A DNA stretch of 64,000 bases from Balanoglossus misakiensis (lineage: Eukaryota; Animalia; Hemichordata), in contig CM082576.2 of the NCBI GenBank assembly GCA_040954595.2, positions 2,826,760-2,890,759 on the forward strand, written 5' to 3'. This document shows positions 12,254 through 23,831 of this stretch, piece after piece (the stretch's first letter is position 1; each line of letters starts with the position of its first letter). The position numbers and the translations under genes were made by a program. The notes beneath the pieces were generated by a model that saw only the letters and a list, made by a program, of their open reading frames with translations, was not told the origin of the DNA and searched no databases.

Positions 12254-12388
12254 CTGTTAACCCCAGAAAACAAAAATGGTCTTTTCAGGTGCGTGACGTC
12301 ATCATCATCATCCCGGTCGTTGCGTAGAATCACCCGTGTATCGTGATCGCGCTTCATTTGGCACAGAGACACAGCATCGCTCTCGATC
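12254..12388 (-). CDS. Putative exon of an unidentified minus-strand gene (135 nt): RIESDAVSLCQMKRDHDTRVILRNDRDDDDDVTHLKRPFLFSGVNR; possible start ATG at 12357
   Basis: Strong acceptor (tctttccctttttctactttctag|G) and consensus donor (CAG|gtaagc). Length is a multiple of 3 and only one frame is open. No homology recognised. Confidence 0.6.
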
Positions 12389-13167
12389 CTAGAAAGTAGA
12401 AAAAGGGAAAGATCCGGTAAGCGATCCTGTAACCCGTCAAAAAAGAGAGGGCCGCCATGATTGGATGAAGTGACTGGGCCGAGCCGGACGAGTGGCCAAA
12501 GCCACACGCCGAGCGAAATATTCTGAAATCCATCTGGTGACTTGTTTCCAAGTGAGCGATGGTCACTGTACTATGATCCGTACCTTTCCCTGATAATTGT
12601 TCTAGAGATGTAGAGTCCCTTTTTCTCCTGACGACAATGTTACACACGTAGCCTCCCTGTTGTACTCCGGTTAAGAAGTAATTCTCCAGTGAGCGCACAC
12701 GTCAGTATGCGAGGGAGAAATCATGGCACGCATGCGCCATCCATACGCGAGATTATTTTTCATAACGGTAAATAGCACTCTTCATGAAACACCTCCTCCA
12801 TTAAATAAATACATTTCACACATCGATGTCTCAATGCGTTTAGTTCAATTAGGAAGGAGCTCGAATACTTAAAACCTACAAAAGTATGATGCTATATACA
12901 CTGTCAAAATATAATTAGCAGCCTTAGTGACCATGAATCACATGCATAGGTATTGTCCTCGTGTTAAAAGCTGCTGTTCTCAGCGAAAGAAAATTAGCTA
13001 CTCCGCATAGTTGGAAAAATTAGCGTAAGTGAGAGCAAATATTAATTAACGACTTTTTCTCCATTGAAAAAATGCGGAATATGCCCTCGCCTAACTCGTT
13101 GGGTCGGTATCTGAATTCCCCCCGCCCAATTAAACTACTGCTATGCAGTTCCAGCGAAAGCTCGCTC

Positions 13168-13185
13168 GGGGGGGGGGGGGGGGGG
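13168..13185 (+). repeat. G18 homopolymer
   Basis: Read directly. Confidence 0.9.
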
Positions 13186-13257
13186 TGATGGCAACCGTCG
13201 TCTAGGCAACAACAGCAGTTGGGTCGATGTCTGATGAGCATGAGTGATGTAACTTAC

Positions 13258-13438
13258 ACCCGGACTCGTTATTTTTTCCCGTGTCTCTAGGTGCAACTTT
13301 TCACACGCTTTGTTTAATCTGTCTGTGTTGCCGGGACTTGAAAGACCGAGACAGTGTCGACAGCGATTGAGAAGCGTTGTTCATCAGTTTAATTCCAAAC
13401 CGAGTGGGATTACTCATTCCGAGTGAACATGGCAAACT
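13258..13438 (-). other. Candidate non-coding first exon
   Basis: Initiator-consensus TCAGTT on the minus strand (13440-13435) and donor GGT|gtaagt at 13258|13257, 870 bp upstream of the 12388 acceptor. An in-frame TAA near its end would make ATG 12357 the start codon. Confidence 0.4.
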
Positions 13439-14282
13439 GAGTCGGATGTCGATGTTTTTTATTGCATTAGACGAACTCGATGAATAAATTTGAAGGTCCG
13501 TTTAATACTTGGTGTTGTTCAGAACCAGCGGGAGCACGCGTTGTATCCGTTTCCCTTCAAGGCCGCTAATAGTAATAAAAATATTATCACAGGAATGTCG
13601 TTGTTGCATCATAGAAACCAAATTACAATAGAAGATTTTTCTGCACCATACCCAAAGCTTTTCAAATTTGATATCTATTCTGAGCGGGAAAGAATAGTTT
13701 TTAAATTGATTGCCAGCTCTTTACAAAATTTATCGTCCTGAAATCCCGACGATGAAAAAATAAACGCGGTGTCAATATTTCTACCAGTACATGCTTTCCA
13801 CTTCATCTCTCAAATGTTGGCAGTAATATTTATCAAACGTAATGGCGGACTACTCTCGATATTTACTGCGATTGGTCTCCTCATCACACACATTTTATGT
13901 CTAAAATTTGCACTAATGGTGATTTCAGTGAATATGGACAAGCCTCAGAGCAGACTCCGATTTTTCGCCTTATATGAGACACGCGGGGGTGAGGGGGGGG
14001 GGGGATAGGCACTATTCTATACAGACATTCTCTCGATCTACCACCAATGGCATAATAGAGGCAGTAGAAATCCGGCTAGCCACGCGCAAGTCGCGCCAAA
14101 CGTTATGAATGCGTTTCAAGTCTCGTCTTGTCTATATAATTAGGATTATACTGCAGAAGTCTGTATAAAATGTAAGTTAAATTGCCAGACAGATTGCCAA
14201 CGTTTTTCATTTCGCCCAAAGTCAATTTATTTTCCCTCAACACGTCCAACTAATATCGCTCGTCATCAGCCGATATTCTTAC

Positions 14283-14447
14283 CGCCGGGCATCTTTGACG
14301 TAGAATCTTTGACGCAATTTACACAGAAAGAATTATTATTAAAGCGAATCAGCAGAACCCAGTTGATGTAGAACTGTGTTTTGTCAAACGCGCACATCGA
14401 GTTGGCGGGAACGCACTTCCGCAGCACGCTTGACGTCCGAACAATGG
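14283..14447 (-). promoter_or_regulatory. Promoter plus short first exon ending ATG CCC GGC G|gtaaga
   Basis: Clustered E2F-like TTGGCGGGAA (14402-14411), ETS CACTTCCG (14414-14421) and Sox AACAATGG (14440-14447). Inr-like CAGTT at ~14375 (minus), aaagATG at 14292, donor at 14283|14282. Confidence 0.45.
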
Positions 14448-16084
14448 GCAGCGATGTCGATATACAGTAGAATATTCAGGCTCTGACGAGAAATCATTAT
14501 CTTTTCATATCGGAACTATCAGGTATAGCAGCATATTTCTAAAAAAGTACTTTCGCACTGCATTATCACAATCAACGCGACGAATACTCCAAAAACGTCC
14601 CAAAAGACGACATGTGCTATACAAGATGGCGGTTTTTATCTCGTTCCCACATCGTTTCTTTCCTCGCTTTGGGAGCCCCATTCAACTCACTGATATTTAA
14701 TTTTCTCGGATGGAGTACACGCAGGTGATAATTTTTAACTTTTTAATTATAGATGCAAGGACGATATTGATATCGTATCAAGCAGGCGAAATCCCTCGTG
14801 TGACAACATTTTTTTTACCGCAATACCAAATGTATTACAACTGCACCCACGAAGTCATGATTTTTTTTGCCTGAGGACTTTTTTTCTCAGAAACTTACAC
14901 AATAGCTGACGTGCCATATCGCGATTTTAACTGCTGTGTTATTTGACCACGTGATAAGCATCTTTCGGATCAGCAAAATCGCCCTAAAGACCATTTTGCC
15001 ATGGCAACCAAAACAAGCACATTTGAATCACGGAAAGACATAACACTAATATCGATTTTCACGTTAGTGCGTCTCACAGCACTGTAACACTGCAGACTGC
15101 ATATGGGCTGACGTCCACACCACACAGTAGCTCAGTAGAGCTGCGTCGCTTCAATTCGGTCAAGTTCAAATATAATCCGTGGATGTGAGACAATCATTGT
15201 CGACTGTTTTGATAAGCAACACTACAATGAACAAGACAGGAATAAAAAAAATAGAGAATCTGTACATGTTAATCTCAAATACACGTCGTGCCCAATATCA
15301 CGTCGTATCTATTCGTTGAACCATGTATACACCGCGAGTTTCTAAATGCTAGGCTACATGTTGGTTTTTTCAGACCATGATCTATCAGTCGCGATTAATT
15401 ATTGGTGAAAATCGACCCCACTTCAGAGGAAGGTCTTCTGATGGAAGAGGAAGCAGTGTCTTCTGATCAAGCGAGAAATTAGATGCGAAAACATTACCAC
15501 GGCGAAATAATCTGAGATGCAAACGACGTTGATATCCAACCGTGCTCTTATTCGAGATGACTAATGTCAACTTAATTGGCAGATAAGTTACTTCTGCCGC
15601 ATCTCGGCGGCGGCGAGAGAAAAAAATCTGTCTCCCGGCTTAGTTCTTAATACCAGATATTGGAGAACGGGCCATAACTAAAATTAGAGGTCATAAAACG
15701 GACGTAAAAGTTAATATCTAAAAGTTATTACACACTATCACTGCCTTCGTGGTTATCGTAATGAAAGTAGGATCCGTATAGAAGTGGTCGCAAGCTTATT
15801 GCTTCTAATCGTGAGACGCGAGTCTGGCATGTCGACGATGTTCAGTCATTAGGATGTGCAACGCATCTTCCCAAAGGACAAACGTCGTTGTGTGCACGGC
15901 TTGAGCCAAGATAAAATCTTGACATCTCGATAAATTAGGAAGACAACAATCCACTTAACACCGAACATTGCATCATACCGTTGTTCGCATGGCGGCTCTT
16001 TATGACGGGACAGTCTGAAAGTACATCTGCCTACTGATAAATCTTGTGTGCGGCGGTGCTTTAATGTGCTGCTGAAAGGTATCA

Positions 16085-16217
16085 AGAGACAGAGAGACAG
16101 AGAGACACAGAGAGACAGACAGAGGTAAAGAAACACAGACAGAAGGAGAGAGACAGAGAGAGAGAGACAGACAGACAGAGGGGAAGAAACGCAGAGAGAG
16201 AGAGAGAGACAGAGACA
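16085..16217 (+). repeat. Compound (GA)n/(GACA)n low-complexity tract
   Basis: Read directly; source of the spurious L/S/C/V-rich ORFs. Confidence 0.9.
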
Positions 16218-18695
16218 AATAGTCTGTGGGTTTGTTTGCTGGTCCATCTCAACGAATATTTCACAAATTGTATCAATGACCTGAACCATGTATTGATCAT
16301 ACAACCGTGAGTTGAACACAAATCAGACCCGCTTTCGGTGCGCGATAAAGGTACGGGACTAAACTTTAGGAGAGGCTAGATTTGCTTTAAGCTTTAGAGC
16401 AGAAATGAATCCTAGCTTGCCAGACAAGATCTACCGATTGGCAGTGTTGCACAGTGAAACATTATGTATAACAGTGGTACTCATAGCAGCAGTTATTCGG
16501 TCACTCATTTAGGTCACGAATACCCTCAATACAAGCTTTCACGGAGTATTAGTCATTACCGGTGTGTTCATAAAGAATTGCAACTTAATTATGACAATTT
16601 TGCTCTTTATTGCAGGGTACATTTCCAAGTTTCATTTTATTATGCGTAAAGGAATTGTGAATATACAGCCCATAAAATATAGTGGGCGTAAATCATTATG
16701 TCTTAGTTATAAACCCACATCCAGCAATAAACCAATATAAGAGTTAATGTGTCGAATGTTTAAAACTTACTGTACTTTGTCGCATAAAATTTTACTATTA
16801 TAATACAAACAAAGATTTAAAAAAGCATAAGTTAGAGTTTAAATAATTCCAAAAACCGGAACGTTGCTGTCAAGATTTGTCCATTGGGATATCGATCAGA
16901 ATAAGCTAACAACAGATCCGCTGTACGATAAGTTTATTTTGGAATTATCTTAACGACTGTTTCCAAGAGGCTGTTTTGAGAGGGGTTCAAAGTCTTATAC
17001 GCACAACTCGTTTCATGGCGACCTTTGACATGTGGGAGACGTCCTGGCCAGTTGTTCGTTGTGTGATGACCAGCTGCATGTGCAATTGCATAAAAACTAC
17101 AGCAATTACAAACTGGAGATGTTTTTCTCCTACTGACCGATATATCATCCCCGATCAGCACAATCGATCATTTATTTTTAAAATTAATTTTTTTTATCAT
17201 GGCATGATACATTGGTCAGTTTGGTTATTGAACTTCCTTTTCACCTGTGATCTGGGAAAGTGTCGGGAAAAAAAGGATATCAACGGAACATCGCGTGGGA
17301 CTTTCAAGTTCCGGAGAGTGACAGAACGTTTCCATCCTGCATCCCATGATCATTTTTGCCGCTTTATGAGATATCACAAGTCAGGGGAACAGTTACACAA
17401 CACTGTAGCATAGGTTCTAATTGCGAAAGCCTGTTTGTGGTGGGTTTGTGTCTATCACTGTGCCACTTAATACCCAGGCCAATACTAAACCCTCAGTTAC
17501 CGAAGCGAATATTTGTTTGTTCCACCTAGGAGGAAGTGCAGCGTGCGTGCGTGCATCCGTTTTTGTTTGCATCGCACCGCCGCCATACTTCAAACGGGTC
17601 GCAATAAAATGTACGTGCAAATCGAGAGCAACTCCATCTCGGCGTTCTGTTTCACTTCCGCCTCGAGTGCCGCAATCGCGATTCAACCATGTTTCTTTAT
17701 CGATATAATCGAGCACGCACACTTTTCGTTACCCCCGTCTTGATGTATGGGTGGGCGGCGGGCGAGACTACGTTTCTTCCCAGGAGAGTTCGTGTTCCAC
17801 ATTGCACGGGACAAACCGATGATAAAAAAATGAGCATCGTTCACTTCGGATTATGACATACTTTCTGCGGAGCCTCGAGCGAAATTTGACTCTTGAACAT
17901 GATCAGAAATTGAATGAGGCGCTGCAGACCGGATGCTGTATCGTAAAAGAGAAGTTAAGGTTTCTAAAAATTTAAGAAAAAATCAAGAAAGAATGTCCAC
18001 AGTCCTTAAGTTAGTTAATGGTGGAAATGAAGTAATGCCTGTTTACAGGTGCGCGGGGGAAAGATCAATTGTCATAGCGACGGAAATTACGAATCCAGTC
18101 GGCTAAGTTACAGTGACTTTCATTGGTCTTGTATTAAAATGTATCAGTATCCGATAACGTCATTGGTTTAGACGGATTTAGTTTAAATAAGCTCGACGGT
18201 TCCTTTGATGTTCATTTCTGGTTAGTTTCAAATTCTTCATTTTGTCCTTTTCAGCGTGGTCCACGCCAAAACACGTCACACGTTTTCTTCAGTGGTGCTT
18301 ACATGTATCGGTTCTGTGTGTTTTTGGCTTTAATGTTACACCACATCCAGACATTCACAATTCTGTGTGACCATCGCAGTTTGGCCACCTGCGCGCAGTG
18401 AGTGGATTCTCCGATCTCGGTTTTTCAATCTGGAGAGGTCGTGTACTCTCTAATTTATTTTTTAAGCCTTAAACGTCGCTAAATGTTGACACGCGTCGAC
18501 TTCCATATCGCCGCGCCGAGGTTCCGCACCTGCACACCCTTTATTTTTTACGTGGGTTGTTTTGCCAATGGCAGAATTGCTTATCCGATTCTTCTATACG
18601 CCAAACCTCGGCATTGCTCATGCGCGGTTTAGCTCAAGGGTCGCCAGTGTAAATTATGAGCGTTATCTCAAAATTATTGTCAACGACAAAAACAA

Positions 18696-18696
<1 letters not shown>

Positions 18697-18790
<94 letters not shown>

Positions 18791-18798
18791 GCAACAAC
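18697..18798 (+). repeat. (AAC)31 microsatellite with short imperfect extension
   Basis: Read directly. Confidence 0.97.
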
Positions 18799-21421
18799 TG
18801 ATTGGGGGACTTCGAAGTTCAAATCGGAGATCCTCTGACAAAATTTTAGATTTATCTGTGTCGGTGGTATACTCATCTTCCGTCCGTTTGAACCAAACGC
18901 GCTCAAAAGCAAGAAGACAATTTATAAAACTCCACTGGGAATACGCGCAGTTTTGCAAATAACGAACTTGGAAGAATAAATCTAAATGAGAACGTGGAAA
19001 TGTCACGCAGCACCATGACCCGTCTTGTGAAATTTCCGAACAATTTCTGGCATTAATTGGCAATGGACTTCACACAGGAGTTTGGAGTATTGAAATGCAA
19101 AAAAGCACCACAAGTATACATGTTGTGATCATGTGAAGTAAACATATGTTTAGGATAAAGAGTTAGGCAACATTTATCGAAGGCATCATTAATCCAGTCA
19201 TTTTCACGTTTCATTTACAGCCAAACACAGTGCCACACGACTTTTGTAATTGTTCCTGGACTAAACATATTAGTAACGTTATCGCGAACGTCCAATTAAA
19301 ATAAATATGTCCTTCAGAAGATATAATAGGCACGTTAGCTAGATAAATCGTCGAGAGAAAGAATATAGTTACGCATCAATAGACACCCATAGGCTACCCT
19401 ACGTGACGTCACCGAAAAGGTCAAGGGTGCATACAGTACAATGGGTATTACAAGTCTAATACACATTTTTGTGTGCGTGAAATGTAACGTAAGGTATTAA
19501 GTCTTCTATAATGATCAGAAAACCAGCAGGTTCGACAAAATCCTAATTCTGGTTTCCGACTATGAAGACAGTTTAAACATAAGTTACCTTTTTTGGCATG
19601 CAAATGTGTATCAAAACCGAATCGCTACCGAGCCGGTCGACTGGTTGACGACTGATCTAATTGTTGTAGCGGGCACCAATCAGCAGAGACTTGCTGAAAA
19701 ATGAATCATCGCCCCGATGCCAAGGACTACCTTTAAAAGCTGGATTTTTGTTCTGCTTCTAGGCAAATTTTCGACAAATGCAATTTGTAATATCATTTAT
19801 TTACATTAAATTCGTTATCTTCACGCTCCATTAAATATCATTACTGAGCAGTATTCAAGGAACGGGGAAATGTGTCCTTGTTCTTCCAAGAATACGCTAA
19901 ATTTGGACCAATTGGAAACCCGCGAGAAAACAGATTGAGACACCATCATCAGCTCATGCCTTACTGCAGCCGAGAATGGCGTTCCACACTCTACGACATT
20001 CTCCAAACCCTTCCTCACAATGTATTCTAAAACCACGCCCACTGTAATAATTGGAAAAGATATACGCTTTGCGTTCATAGTCGGTCATCAAAGGAGAATG
20101 AAATACGCTATTCAGAACAGATTGCTGGGAGAGAAACAATCGAAAGTGGCGTTCAACAGAGCTGCATGCTGGTTTCTTAACGTCTCTTTTTGTCCCTCAA
20201 TCAATGTTGTGAAGTGGACGCATGCGGAGAAAGTTGCTATTATAGTTTTATATCGTCGTACATCCGATAAAAAATGTTTAATATATTGATATGGCCTCGA
20301 TATATATATATACATGTATAAGGGGATTATAACATTATAACAAACCACATAATTATGTCCTATGTCCCGAAAAATAACAGAAACGGTATAATATAGCTAC
20401 CTTTAAAACACGCGCAGGATGCTCATTAGGGAGCACTGATGCACACAGGGATTTAGTCTTCGCCCGTCCGCAGATAATAGAAGAAATGACGAAATTCCGG
20501 CGCGATGCTTGTGTCACGCCGAAGAGCCAACACAAATAGACCTCTGGTATTTACATCCATAAACTGAACAACTATTGTCTCACGCTTATTACATTAAGAC
20601 CTGTTGAACAAATTCCAATCCCCACGGCACAAGCGGCAAAGAGAATCCGAGATTGCAGACGTTTCAATCAGCGTATGTCTCGCGTATAAATATTGAGTCG
20701 AACAGGACTTCAGAGGCCGACCGTCGCACTGCCTACATGTATGCGCGGCCAATGTAGGTTATTGAATCAGGGCGCTAGACGGAGTCAAATGGAAACAAAT
20801 GAAATCTCCTTTCCGTTCTAACTGATTCGCACTAAATTTTCATCGCCGCTCGTGGCGGGGCCACTTCTATTCGGTACGCTACGAAATTTACCTCGCCATT
20901 TGGCCAATTATTGAGCGTTTGTCAGAAAACGAATGTGCTATATTAACCACCCCGTTAACGCAGTCCCAATGTTCAGCTATTTAAACAAGACTACATAATG
21001 TGTCGTTTATTGAGCGGCAGTGTAGAGGACGAATGACGAAATCGCAGCGTGATAAGAATTACGCTCTCTCCATCCCATATGAAAATAAAACTCCAAGTGT
21101 TACATTCAGTGCTGAAAGTTATTGCTTCTAGTTATCGTGACCTTGCGGATCTCGCCTCTCTATATTGTATAACGGGTAAATGTGGGATGCATAGCGATGA
21201 AAGTAAAACTGCAGTAGTTAGCCAATTTGATTACAATCACTACTGTAGAGATAGGCGACAGATGCCATGAAGCTGAAACCAAAGCAACTGTGTGAAAAGA
21301 ATGACGACCCCAACGATCAAAAACCTCACAGTGATTACCCAATGATGGTTCATCATCCCTAATTATAGGTGACGAGAGCGTGAAAGCGAGCTCAGCTGGC
21401 ACACCACCATGCGATCCCCTG

Positions 21422-21777
21422 ATTGGCCGAAAGATTGCCAGACTCGTCTCTTGATTGGCTGAACGACTGCTTTATAATTGTGCTTCTTTGTTTTTCGAGG
21501 AATGGACGAAAGGCGAGCCACCGCCCTCGCCATCTGTCTGGGTCACTGATTGGTTGTTGTGGATGTCACCTGATCTTCTCGGGTATACATCCAGAGTTCG
21601 TCTAAACAATGAACAATGAATACTATTGACACGCGAATATGATATGAAAGTAAAGATTCTATTGGACAGACTCACATATAGACAGACAGAATATCATTGT
21701 AATTGGGTCAAGTGAGGCAGGGGCCACTGGATTTCAAATATCTCTACCATCAGCAGTCAAGATTGATTGATTGATGG
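21422..21777. promoter_or_regulatory. CCAAT-box cluster with a Pbx/Hox-type TGATTGATGG site
   Basis: ATTGG at 21422, 21454, 21549, 21661 and 21702 (first two 32 bp apart); GATTGATTGATTGATGG at 21761-21777. Confidence 0.4.
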
Positions 21778-23402
21778 GATTAAATACGGTTGATGACTGT
21801 AAGCACTTGTTCTCTCTGCGGGCGCATCGGCAGATCGCCATGGGAAACGAGCGAGATCACTTCATTACGTCAGTCACCCACACATGTTGCCACGTCAGTT
21901 TTTATTCTTGTTGCATGCAAAACCTTTTGCTTCACTTGAAAAAAAGATTGTACGACGAACAAACCCGTACTTGACATTCATTTTACTGTACTTCAAAGTT
22001 GCGGATCAAACACTCGTTCCATGAAACTGGCAGACAAGAAAATAATTGCTCTGTCCAGGCGAAGAATCGCAAGATCATCGTTTGTATAGGTGCCTATTTT
22101 ATGAATGTGTTTAACGTTTATTTACATTCGATTCCACGAAAGCAAATGGATGACGACATTTGAGCTCTCTGAAGATTAATATAAGCTTATTTCACTCTCT
22201 CGTTGACAAGTCAGTTTCTGTTTGTATCTGTATTGGCGCCAAGGCAACAAGTAGTCCGATTTATCTTTCCTGGAAATGCGAACTCTTAAGTTCTATTGTA
22301 GTATTTTGTGGGAACATGATGTCTGTTCGCGATACACTTTTATCATTAGTACTCTGATACAAAGAAGAGATTAGGTCGCACCTGAACGCTAGTAATAACT
22401 TGACTACATGTAAAAATTTCTCAAGGGAAATCCAGTGTGGACAGGAACGTCGCCTCGTTCAATGGGTCGTTCACATCTGAACGCTGGTTGCAAGGGGTTG
22501 TACAGTTACACTACCGGCATGGCTAGCTCTCCATGGCCACGTCGAGACTACGGAGACCGTTGGCGAAACACTACATTCTACACCTGAACCATAAATCACA
22601 GTGACTGCACAATTCTGGGCCAACAGACAGAAAATGTACCTTTGGGAACTGCTTGAGATGAGCAGAATCTATATGCATCGTCTGCGTTCGAATCACCCAC
22701 CCCTGGCCAATTCGAATACACATTCACACGTATACGTGTCAATTACCAAACAAGTAGATAGATAACTCTCAAAAACTAGTCTACCAAAGATAGTCCTTCC
22801 CCTCGATTCGTCTAGCCCACCGCATCTCATCTCGTTGTAACTGAAATCTCCCTTACATCCCCGGAAGGACTGTAACTGAGTGGATGAGAGAGCGAAGTCC
22901 AATCTAAAAATGCCATGTGCATCGTCCGCGGGAACTAAAAACAATATTGCCGAATATGCCTAACCGGTATACAAGTCCCACCAGAGACATATGCTTTCCA
23001 GACATATATCACGCAGGTGGACCCTTAAAACCAGGGTCAAATATGTGCCCTAGCTGGGCCAACTGGAAATATTACTTGTAAATAGTAAATCAAAACAAAT
23101 GGTATGGCTCTTTCAGGTGCTTTTGATCACTGAGATCACTGAAATAAGTAAACGCGGCGAACTCGTAGTTTTGGGCCAAGTTGCATCCGGTTCTGTGCAC
23201 AGATGTCCCTCCAGCAGAGGATAACGTTGCGTAGTGAAACAAAGCTCGACGGTTTACTAAGCTTGTGTTCTCAATCCGAGCTACTAAGGCTTGGCTTGCA
23301 ATGCCTTGGCTTAGTCAGAAGGATAAGACTTTTGTGTATCCACGGCGAAGGGTGTGTGAGAAAGTCTACTGTCGGTACTGATGGCGCTTTTGACTTTTAA
23401 TA

Positions 23403-23831
23403 TTAAAGTGGCATTTTGCATGTTTTTAATTTCAAGTTACATACGTGTTATTGTACATCTGTATTGTATATCTGCTGATTACACACATATAGTACAAGAC
23501 ATGTATGACTAAATTTGAGTTTAGAAATATTTTCGCCATGTAGACAGTTTGACATAATATTAATGCTAAGTGAAAATAATACAGTACAAATATTATCACC
23601 AATGCTGTTCATTATTTAATGAAACTATTTTGTAACTACAGTCTGTTAATTCTGGTTTGCAGTGGTGGGGCGCTGTTCAGGTGACATTTAGAATTTGAAT
23701 TTGCTTAATATTTTTTATTGACAGGTGTACGCGTACTCAGCTGTTATTGGTAAAAGTTGTTTAGTGGGAGTGAAACTGAATGATATCTTGCGGTTGGGGA
23801 TTTGCATGAGACAGCGTGACTGGGGCTTTAA
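23403..23831. mobile_element. Possible degenerate TTAA-bounded MITE (~430 bp)
   Basis: TTAAAG...CTTTAA ends around an AT-rich interior; the inverted match is only 6 bp. Confidence 0.25.

Noticed and set aside
12330-12388. IESDA...KRDH resembles the MAX N-terminus; MKRDHD resembles HEY starts
   Set aside because: No bHLH basic region or helix pattern follows.
9135-14292. Joining the MPG exon to the 37-nt exon gives MPGGRGLAARN, resembling the EAG channel N-terminus (MPGGRRGLVAPQN)
   Set aside because: The similarity is a few residues, no PAS-cap (NTFL) or PAS exons follow, and the junction is hypothetical.
15849-16321. ORFs of 72-156 aa rich in L/S/C/V
   Set aside because: Artefacts of the (GA)/(GACA) tract.
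18562-19063. Poly-N/T/V/C ORFs
   Set aside because: Open only because of (AAC)n; the same applies to the poly-D/M/S ORFs at 28097-28434.
22684-22695. GTTCGAATC tRNA B-box
   Set aside because: No A-box or cloverleaf at the proper spacing.
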